Shown here in pieces: positions 37,166 to 44,126 of a stretch of 64,000 nt of DNA. Numbering within the stretch: the first letter of the stretch is position 1; every line of letters begins with the position of its first letter. The DNA comes from an uncultured virus (IMG/VR IMGVR_UViG_3300013981_000002) (Duplodnaviria > Heunggongvirae > Uroviricota > Caudoviricetes > Autographiviridae): IMG/VR virus record IMGVR_UViG_3300013981_000002; one strand, given 5' to 3'. The translations under genes were made by a program, and so were the position numbers. Under the pieces are notes generated by a model. That model did no database searches and was not told where the DNA came from. It saw only the letters and a program-made list of their open reading frames with translations.

Positions 37166-37336
37166 TTAGAGGAACAACTTGGTCAGCGTGACGATGCCAG
37201 CCACAAAGGCCGTGGCGACCACCAGCGGATACCACCGGGTCTCCATCATCAGCTTGTCGATCTCGCGGTTGATCTTGCGAATCTCAGCGGTGAGCTTGCG
37301 CACTTGCAAGTCCTCCAGTGGTCCATTGGTGCTCAT
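37166..37336 (-). CDS. Small membrane protein (56 aa; coiled coil + C-terminal TM)
   Basis: MSTNGPLEDLQVRKLTAEIRKINREIDKLMMETRWYPLVVATAFVAGIVTLTKLFL, translated by hand; flanked by hairpins. Confidence 0.7.
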   Translation of the reverse strand: MSTNGPLEDLQVRKLTAEIRKINREIDKLMMETRWYPLVVATAFVAGIVTLTKLFL

Positions 37337-37404
37337 GGTAGCTCCAAAAAAGACCCGCCGTCACACGTCGGCGGGGTGTGGAAAATCGGGTTGACGAAAG
37401 GGGA

Positions 37405-37566
37405 TCAGATGACAACGGGGGATGGACAAGGCGCAACTTGGGTGCGGTTCTTGTTCGCCTGGCGCTCCCGCTCGTTGAGTCGGGCGCGGTGCTCGCGGAT
37501 GCCGCGGCGGATGCAACCGGCCACGTAGTAGTCGCGGGCGGTCATATCAAACGGGATCATCGTCAT
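37405..37566 (-). CDS. First early gene, hypothetical (53 aa)
   Basis: RBS GGAGA before ATG; first ORF after early promoters. Confidence 0.55.
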   Translation of the reverse strand: MTMIPFDMTARDYYVAGCIRRGIREHRARLNERERQANKNRTQVAPCPSPVVI

Positions 37567-37888
37567 GGGTTGCTCTCCAGTGAATCGGACCACCAAAACG
37601 CCCCATCACAACGGTAGGGACGCTTTGGCGGTCAGACTCATGCTTGTAAGGCATGGAATCTGACCGTCGCCAGCTTCCGGGAGCGCCTCCAGCTCGCCTA
37701 GGAATCCCGTACAGCTGGCCCCGCTCTTTCTGGCGGTGACCCGGTATCCGTGGCGGCCTTCATCGGCCCTTACACTTCCCGGCGCGGCTAGTGTTCCCAG
37801 CTCCCCGCGTTCTGCCGTGGGCGGCGCTCCTGCCTGCCCCTTTCCTACTGTCCCGACCGCACCCTGCGACCGTTGTTCGATGGTGGGC

Positions 37889-37917
37889 ATTATGCCCGTT
37901 TGCTCCCGGTTTGTCAA
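37889..37917 (-). promoter_or_regulatory. Strong sigma70 early promoter (T7 A-like)
   Basis: TTGACA-17 bp-CATAAT on - strand. Confidence 0.88.
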
Positions 37918-38085
37918 TCACTCCCGGTAGTGGGATGGTTGAGCCGGACGTTACCTGCGGTGCGCTTAGGGGCCTTTGGGGCTAGTCCTCAGTGCTGGCG
38001 GGATAAGCTCTAGGTGCTGTCGATCCATCGGTCGCACGTCTGTCGCCGCCTTTTCCGCTGCCGCCGTGTTGCTGGCGACGGGTAT

Positions 38086-38115
38086 AGATTAGATCAATCC
38101 CCGCACGGCTGTCAA
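38086..38115 (-). promoter_or_regulatory. Second sigma70 early promoter
   Basis: TTGACA-18 bp-TAATCT on - strand. Confidence 0.7.
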
Positions 38116-38285
38116 TACCCCTATGGCAACGATTTTCGGATGGTCGCAGGGAGCGCCTAGCGCGCGCGTGGGGAGCTTCTATAGGCGGGGCGGTAGGGAT
38201 GCCCGTGGCGGGCCTCGCGTGGGCCGTGGCGGCGCATTGGCTGGCCGTGGTGGGCGGCAGGTGGGCATAGGCTGGGGCAGGCTGC

Positions 38286-38488
38286 GCCGAGGTGGTCGGC
38301 AGGTGTGCCGAGGTGGTGCCGAGGTGGGAGCGTGGCGGTCAGGGCAAAAAGACAGATAGGGACAGACAGAGGCGCGAACGTTTGCGGGCCGATGTCCGCA
38401 GATTGCCCAGGTATCGCATGGGATTGCCTAGGCACTGGATACCTAATCCGGTGGTTCACCTTTGGAATCAGTAGGTTAGCCGAGGTGG
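38286..38488. repeat. Short repeats GCCGAGGTGG near the presumed genome end
   Basis: Copies at 38286, 38307, 38318 and 38479. Confidence 0.7.
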
Positions 38489-38625
38489 TGACGCCGCAGG
38501 TGACGCGAAGGGGGCGCATCGTGCCTTACGCTACAGGGGGCGACCCCCTACGGGGGGTGATCGCGCCGTTCCAAGTAGTTGGATACTCCTTCGGAAATTT
38601 GCCGCAAACCTTTCGACCACCTCTG
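38440..38625. other. Probable terminal-repeat / end-junction region of the podovirus genome
   Basis: Non-coding, between last late-side gene and early promoters; CCCCCC-GTA-GGGG hairpin and GGCAAATTTCCG on - strand; boundaries approximate. Confidence 0.55.
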
Positions 38626-38643
38626 TCACTTCGAGGAGACGTT

Positions 38644-38973
38644 ATGTACGCCCGCCGATACACGATAAGAACCGCTACCGCGATCACCGTCCTGGCCTTA
38701 GTGCTCGCAGGACTCCCTGCCGCGTACTTTCAGACCGGCGTAAGGAGCGCTGAGGAGTTGCGTTCCTGGAACGAGCAGATCATCGAGAACGACGCCTCGC
38801 CGCAGGTGTTGGTTGATGAGGCGGTGCGGACGTTTGACGCCGCGACGAATGACCTCATCAGCAACCGCAATTCCCGCAACCTGTTTCTCCAGCTCGCTTT
38901 GGGCATCCCGGCGCTCGCTTGGATTGGTGCGGGCGTGGTGCTATGGGTCATCAAGGATGGGACGGAGGTCTAG
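38644..38973 (+). CDS. Two-TM membrane protein, paralogue 1 (moron)
   Basis: RBS GAGGAG; two TM helices around a ~50 aa loop. Confidence 0.75.
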   Translation: MYARRYTIRTATAITVLALVLAGLPAAYFQTGVRSAEELRSWNEQIIENDASPQVLVDEAVRTFDAATNDLISNRNSRNLFLQLALGIPALAWIGAGVVLWVIKDGTEV

Positions 38974-39044
38974 TCCGCCGCAGTGGCACCCAAGGAGGAC
39001 AGAGGAACACCCCAGGAGTGCATAGGAGAACTGTAGCTCTACTT

Positions 39045-39059
39045 GATGGTGAATACCAA
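39045..39059 (-). promoter_or_regulatory. Candidate phage RNAP promoter (phiOR-like position)
   Basis: TTGGTATTCACCATC, 12/15 identical to 62407-62421. Confidence 0.45.
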
Positions 39060-39188
39060 TGAATAGAACTCTATAGTCCTGCTAGAGTAATACTTAGGTC
39101 TTACTATGATAGCACCCTTGTCAAGCCCTCCCAGTGCTCCGTGGTCGAATAAACTTAGCGGTTGGCATAGACATTACAACGAGCATCT

Positions 39189-39521
39189 ATGGCATCGCTC
39201 AATACCCTCCTCATTCGCTTGGCGGCGCTGGTCACTGTCCTCTCGCTGGTCTGTGCTGGAGTGCCCGCCGCATATCAGCACGCGAAGCTTCGAGCAGCAC
39301 GGGAGCTGGTCGAACGTACCCGCGAGGTCATAAACGATGACACGACCGCGTACAGCGTGGTGGCCGATGCGGTGCCAATTCTGGATTCTGCACTGACTGA
39401 GGCCGCGCAGCACGAGCACATGAGAGGCCTACTCGTGGAATTCACGATTGGCGTCCCGCTGATCGTTTGGTTTGTCGTCTTGGCTGTAATGTGGTGGTTC
39501 AAGGATGAAGAATTGGCGTGA
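39189..39521 (+). CDS. Two-TM membrane protein, paralogue 2 (moron)
   Basis: Aligns end to end with 38644..38973. Confidence 0.75.
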   Translation: MASLNTLLIRLAALVTVLSLVCAGVPAAYQHAKLRAARELVERTREVINDDTTAYSVVADAVPILDSALTEAAQHEHMRGLLVEFTIGVPLIVWFVVLAVMWWFKDEELA

Positions 39522-39624
39522 TAGCTGAACTGTTCACTTTCAGGTAGAGTCGTTTCCTGTCTTTTAACTGGCCGTCGTGTACGGTACGAACCGTTTGGGG
39601 AACGTAGGCGTGGGAGAACGCGCG

Positions 39625-40011
39625 ATGGCTACGGATGCATACAGCCAGGGTCGGCTCGGCTCGTTGTTGGTCATGGAAGATGATCCTGACCTCTCAGGGA
39701 TGTTGAAGGAAATCCTGGCGATGCAGGGTTACGAGGTCGATGTGGTCGCCTCCGCTGCCGATGCATTCGACCGCATAGAGGCGAAAGCATTTCACGCGGC
39801 GATCTTAGACATCCAGACGCAGGACGGAGCATCAATGTCCGTCGCCGATTACCTGCTGTCGCACCGAATTCCCTACATGTTCGCGTCCGGGGTGCCGAAC
39901 CCGCAGCTCCCTGACGCTCACCAGTGGGCGACCTTTCTCCCGAAGCCGTACCGCATCAAAGAACTCATGAGCGCCCTTGATAGGACTCGCCAAATCGGCA
40001 TTCCTGTTTAG
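39625..40011 (+). CDS. Stand-alone response regulator receiver domain
   Basis: VMEDD, AILDI (phospho-Asp), FASG, LPKPY. Confidence 0.9.
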   Translation: MATDAYSQGRLGSLLVMEDDPDLSGMLKEILAMQGYEVDVVASAADAFDRIEAKAFHAAILDIQTQDGASMSVADYLLSHRIPYMFASGVPNPQLPDAHQWATFLPKPYRIKELMSALDRTRQIGIPV

Positions 40012-40032
40012 GCGCGTCCATGCGCCAGTAGT

Positions 40033-40485
40033 TCAGGTCCGGCGTTTTAGGAAACGCTTTGTAACCGTGTCGTAGGTCTGCACCGGAGGACCGCTGTAGA
40101 GGTCCGTCGAGCAGGCCATGAGGACTGCTTCGGTCGCGTTGTGGCCTGCCTTCATGGCGGCCAGGGCAATCGCACCACCACTACCGGCGACGAGGAAGTC
40201 GCGCCGGAGGTCGAGAGGGAGACCGTCGTGGTAGAAGGCCACCGGGTTGTCCCGCAGGCCGACCACGAGGATCGTGTACTCGCCCTTGGTCAGTTCGTCG
40301 AATCCCTCCGACAGCTCGCGCACGGCTCGCTGGATGTGGGAAGTGGTGCCCGCGCCGAACACCACCAGGTCGCGCCCGGTGGTGTCGGTGGTGCGGTAGA
40401 ACTTCTCCTCCTCGTACCGCAGATCACCAGCGGTGACCTGCGAGTCGATAGCAACGAGCCGGCCGTCAAAGGCCAGCGTGGTCAC
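40033..40485 (-). CDS. HslV/proteasome-like phage peptidase
   Basis: N-terminal (M)TTLAFDG..IDSQVT..K, AGSGGAIALAAM, EAV..A...DLYSG. Confidence 0.85.
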   Translation of the reverse strand: MTTLAFDGRLVAIDSQVTAGDLRYEEEKFYRTTDTTGRDLVVFGAGTTSHIQRAVRELSEGFDELTKGEYTILVVGLRDNPVAFYHDGLPLDLRRDFLVAGSGGAIALAAMKAGHNATEAVLMACSTDLYSGPPVQTYDTVTKRFLKRRT

Positions 40486-40790
40486 TGCTTGATGTGCTCC
40501 CGCCAGTAGCTCGGGGTGAACGCAGCCCACTCGATGTCGTTCACGTCATCCCACAGGCGCTCCGCGGCATTCCGCAGGTGCTCCCACAGGCCGCCGAGGA
40601 CGACGTAGGGAAGCGCCAGGAACACGGCGACGAACAGCCAGCCGGTGTAGGTGCGACGGGAGGTCTCGCGCAGGCGCTCCAGGAGCCATTGCGAGGCGAG
40701 GGCAATGCGCAGCGCTACGTACCCCTTAGCGCGCTCGTAGGCGCGCACCAGGCGCTCGCTGGCGCGGTTGTAGATGGTCTTGATGGTCAC
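40482..40790 (-). CDS. Membrane protein downstream of endolysin
   Basis: GTGA coupling; one TM. Confidence 0.6.
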   Translation of the reverse strand: MTIKTIYNRASERLVRAYERAKGYVALRIALASQWLLERLRETSRRTYTGWLFVAVFLALPYVVLGGLWEHLRNAAERLWDDVNDIEWAAFTPSYWREHIKQ

Positions 40791-41233
40791 TTGGAGTTCC
40801 AGAGTTTGACTTCCGCCTCGCGGCGGTCGATGAGGCCGGGCAGGTCCGTCAGCACGCCCTTGACGCGACCCTTGGTCCATCGGCGGAGCTGTGCGGGCAC
40901 CGCCGCGTAGTCGCCCGCGTTGAGCACGCGGAGCAGGGTGGAGCTGGCGAAGTTGCCCTCGCCGAGGTTGAACACGAAGTCGATCAGGGCGGCTTCCTGC
41001 GGCGCGCTGAGGGGCACGCGCACGTATCGACGGACGACCGTAGCGGCCTTGGAGAGGTCAGCCTCCAGCAGCTCCACAGCGCGTTCCTCGGTGATGCGGA
41101 GGCCAGGCTTCACGTCACTGCCGGTGTGGCCGTAGCCGATGGTCCACTTGTCTGCGGGGCACAGGTAGGCCACCAGGCGCAGACCCTCCGACTTCATCGT
41201 CAGAGGGCGCGCGAGCTGGACAGCCTGGCTCAC
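40787..41233 (-). CDS. Endolysin (GH24 lysozyme)
   Basis: SEGLRLVAYLCPADKWTIGYGHT, FVFNLG, GLIDRREAE. Confidence 0.92.
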   Translation of the reverse strand: MSQAVQLARPLTMKSEGLRLVAYLCPADKWTIGYGHTGSDVKPGLRITEERAVELLEADLSKAATVVRRYVRVPLSAPQEAALIDFVFNLGEGNFASSTLLRVLNAGDYAAVPAQLRRWTKGRVKGVLTDLPGLIDRREAEVKLWNSK

Positions 41234-41421
41234 ACCGGGGCGTAGGGGTTCGACTGGCCGCCCTGGGTGTGGCAGCAGGGAGCGTGGTTGCAGTCGCACG
41301 GCGTTACCGGCGCGGGTGCGCTCGGGCCGTCGTTGTCGTCGTCGTTCTTGCGGCGCAGGAACAGGTACAGCAGGGCAGCGGCGGCGAGCGCCATCAGCCA
41401 CGCAGCGAGCGTGTCGGACAT
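41230..41421 (-). CDS. Small N-terminal-TM, Cys-rich protein (63 aa)
   Basis: RBS AGGAGA; TM then DDDND and CDC..CC. Confidence 0.55.
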   Translation of the reverse strand: MSDTLAAWLMALAAAALLYLFLRRKNDDDNDGPSAPAPVTPCDCNHAPCCHTQGGQSNPYAPV

Positions 41422-41429
41422 TGGGTCTC

Positions 41430-43103
41430 CTACAGGATGTCGAGGTAGTTGTCGGGTGACGGCACGCGGCCGGTCACGGACTGGATGAAGGAGGCGTACT
41501 CGCGGTCGAGCAGCTCCTCCAGGTAGCGCTGCTCCTCCTTGGACACGTCTCGGGAGAGCTGGTCGGCCCAATACTTCACGGCCATCGCCAGCGCTTCGAG
41601 GCGGTCGTCGTGGCGCAGTGCGCCGCGGTCGCGCGTGATGCGCGTGAGCTGGTAGAACAGTTGGTACTTCTGTTCGGACTTCTGATCGGCGCGGATGATC
41701 GAGGCATCGACCACCAAGCGATGCTGGTTCAGCACAGGCTCCAGCACGTCGATGATTCGGTTCTCCTTCGAGGTGCCGTAGTGCTTCACCTCCTCGATGG
41801 AGCACGGGTACACGCGCGCCAGGACGCCGGAGAGCATCTTGGCGAACATGCCGTCACCGAAGTTGGCCTCAATGAGGACTGCGGAGACCTTCTCGGCGCG
41901 CGCGATGTGCGCCAGGGTCTCTAGCGTGTCGTCGTCGTAGCCGCCCTTGGTCGCACCAGCCCGGCGCGCGTAGAGCATGCCGCGAAGCATGCCGACGACC
42001 GCGTAGCCGGTTTCGTCGCCGCCTCGGCCCGAGGGGTCGATGGCGAGCACCTTGCCGGTGAACTCCTCCATTTCCGAGGCGAGGTACATGGGCCGGTACA
42101 GGCGGTCGCCCGTGAAGCCCACGGACGCGATGTCACTGACGATGTACTCCGGGCCGCTGCTGTAGACCACGCGGATCGGAGCGACCTCTCGGTCCACGTC
42201 CATCACGATCAGGTCGGACAGCTTGAGCGGGTACTTCTCGGCGTCGGACAGCGACGCATCGAGCATGAACTGGAGCATGAAGCCGGAGCGTCCATAGGAC
42301 GCCTCGCGCTCCATCAAGTCCTCGTCGGAGAACCGGACGGACTCGCAGTTCTTCCAGGCGAGCTTGGGGTTCGCATCGAACGCATCGGCGATCATCGGGG
42401 CGAGCCGGTCGCCGTACACCTGGCGGTGCTTGGTGTCCTTCGGGTAGCGCGCGGGCCAGATGCGGATGACGTAGCCGCGCTCGGGGAGCTTGTTGTAGAG
42501 CGACTCCTCGGTCTGCGGAGTGCCGAGGTAGATGATCTCGCCGCCCGGCTTGAGCACCGCGTCGAACTCCTTGACCAGCTCGGCCAGCTTCTCGCGCTGT
42601 ACGACGGTCATGGAGTTCTTTGGGACTTCGATGTCGTCCGCGATGATGGTGTCAGCGCGGGAGCCGGTGAGCTGGCCGTTGATACCGACCGACTTCACCG
42701 AGGGCGACTGATCCGGCTGCGCGGGACCAACGTCGAACGCCAGGTTCGAGTTGCGCTGGTCGGGGCGCGGACGGAGGTGTTGCAGTTCGGGCAGGGTTTC
42801 GATCAGGCGCTTGACGAACACCGAGAACGCATCGGCGCGTTCCTTCGATGCCGAGACAACCATGATCTTGTGCTGGGGGTCTTTCCAGAGGAGCCAGCAG
42901 ACGTAGGCGGCCGTCACCCAGGACTTGCCGACGCCGCGGTACGCCATGATGACGCGACGGCGCGGGCCGGTTTTCAGGAACTCGCAGATGTCGTACTGGA
43001 TCGGAGTGGGGCTTGGTAGCCCCAGCTCCTTCCAGACGTACCAGGCGAAGTTGCGGAAGTCCTCGAAAGGGTGACTAACGTGGAGGCTCGTCATGCCCTC
43101 CAT
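41430..43103 (-). CDS. Terminase large subunit (T7 gp19-like)
   Basis: AYRGVGKSW, LTGSRADTIIADDIE, IDPSGRGGDETG, HDDRLEAL. Confidence 0.96.
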   Translation of the reverse strand: MEGMTSLHVSHPFEDFRNFAWYVWKELGLPSPTPIQYDICEFLKTGPRRRVIMAYRGVGKSWVTAAYVCWLLWKDPQHKIMVVSASKERADAFSVFVKRLIETLPELQHLRPRPDQRNSNLAFDVGPAQPDQSPSVKSVGINGQLTGSRADTIIADDIEVPKNSMTVVQREKLAELVKEFDAVLKPGGEIIYLGTPQTEESLYNKLPERGYVIRIWPARYPKDTKHRQVYGDRLAPMIADAFDANPKLAWKNCESVRFSDEDLMEREASYGRSGFMLQFMLDASLSDAEKYPLKLSDLIVMDVDREVAPIRVVYSSGPEYIVSDIASVGFTGDRLYRPMYLASEMEEFTGKVLAIDPSGRGGDETGYAVVGMLRGMLYARRAGATKGGYDDDTLETLAHIARAEKVSAVLIEANFGDGMFAKMLSGVLARVYPCSIEEVKHYGTSKENRIIDVLEPVLNQHRLVVDASIIRADQKSEQKYQLFYQLTRITRDRGALRHDDRLEALAMAVKYWADQLSRDVSKEEQRYLEELLDREYASFIQSVTGRVPSPDNYLDIL

Positions 43104-43348
43104 CAGTTCAGCCGCCCGTCCTCAGCGGGATCGAACGGGAACTCGGACACCTTGTCCGCCAGCTTGCCCAGCGGAGAGCCGGGCGGCGTGGCAGCAACGT
43201 CGATGCCGTTGTCCTTGAGAAACTGCCGGGCCACGTTGAGGATCGAGGCCAGGCCCTTCGCGTCCGACTCCATCGTGTCGATGGTGTCGGCGAGCTTGTC
43301 CGCGACTGCGGCGTGCAGTCGCTCCAAGGCATCCTTGGGGGCGGTCAC
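43103..43348 (-). CDS. Terminase small subunit (T7 gp18-like)
   Basis: LERLH..VA, LNVARQFLKDNGI. Confidence 0.9.
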   Translation of the reverse strand: MTAPKDALERLHAAVADKLADTIDTMESDAKGLASILNVARQFLKDNGIDVAATPPGSPLGKLADKVSEFPFDPAEDGRLN

Positions 43349-43614
43349 TTGTTGACGACGCGGTTCAGTACGGTCTCCAGCGCGGACGTGCCGAGCGACG
43401 CCAGGATGCACGCGAGCGCGACCTGGGCGACGAAGGAGACGCCGGGGATGAAAATGACGATGGCACCAGCGGCAAGGCCGGTAGCGCCGGAGAGGATTGC
43501 GCGGCCGAGCGCCTGCTTCCAGGTGATCGGGTCGTTCGACGTGAGCATCTTTGCGATGCCCACGATGAGGCCGACGCCCGCGAGAGCGCCGACCAGCTTC
43601 ACTTCATCGTGCAT
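43345..43614 (-). CDS. Holin
   Basis: Three hydrophobic segments, GRAILSG..ASLGT; T7 17.5 position. Confidence 0.8.
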   Translation of the reverse strand: MHDEVKLVGALAGVGLIVGIAKMLTSNDPITWKQALGRAILSGATGLAAGAIVIFIPGVSFVAQVALACILASLGTSALETVLNRVVNK

Positions 43615-43640
43615 TAGGTCTCTTGTAGGTGGTAAGGGCG

Positions 43641-44126
43641 TTAGATCGGAACGCCGAAGCTGTACTCGTAGCTGCCGCTCAAAGTGATCTGCGTTACGCC
43701 GTCGGTGACGGCTACGGTGAAAGTGCCCATGCGGCTAGTGTTGCGGCCAGATGCGGTCACGGTTCCGCCGAGGCCGCTGCCGGAGATCGAAGCGCCACCG
43801 TCCACCGTGCGAGAGATCACCGAGTAGTTGCCGGTGCCGCCCGAACAGCTAACGGTGAACGATCTGCTGATCGTGCCGCTGGTGTTCTGCGGCCAGCTCC
43901 CCATCAGCCAGCTCGGCGACAACGACGCTTGGAACGGCGTCGCCTTGACCGCGTTGTAGAACTGCGAGGCGTAGAGCGGGCCGCTCGTGGGTACGCCGTA
44001 GTTGGCAGGAACGTCGGGCACCAATCCAGCGCCCCGGTAATACTGGTGCGCGTAGATCGGATACCCGCCGCCGAACTCGGCACGGATCATTTCCCAGGAG
44101 ATCGCACCGGAGCCAGGGAGGGCCAT
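43641..44126 (-). CDS. Tail fibre tip / receptor-binding accessory protein
   Basis: MALPGSGAIS..IRAEFGG..YYRG..VPTSG..FY motif following a chaperoned fibre. Confidence 0.7.
   Translation of the reverse strand: MALPGSGAISWEMIRAEFGGGYPIYAHQYYRGAGLVPDVPANYGVPTSGPLYASQFYNAVKATPFQASLSPSWLMGSWPQNTSGTISRSFTVSCSGGTGNYSVISRTVDGGASISGSGLGGTVTASGRNTSRMGTFTVAVTDGVTQITLSGSYEYSFGVPI

Noticed and set aside
38200..38510. Short repeats as a CRISPR array
   Set aside because: 10-bp repeats with irregular spacing and no cas genes; fit terminal short repeats of T7-like phages
39082..39097. AGTAATACT core and TTAGTAGT half-site (62414-62421) resembling the Xanthomonas LexA box
   Set aside because: Flanks do not complete the palindrome; the 62.4-kb site is better explained as a phage promoter
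39105..39124. TTGACA on the - strand as a sigma70 promoter
   Set aside because: No acceptable -10 hexamer at 16-18 bp spacing
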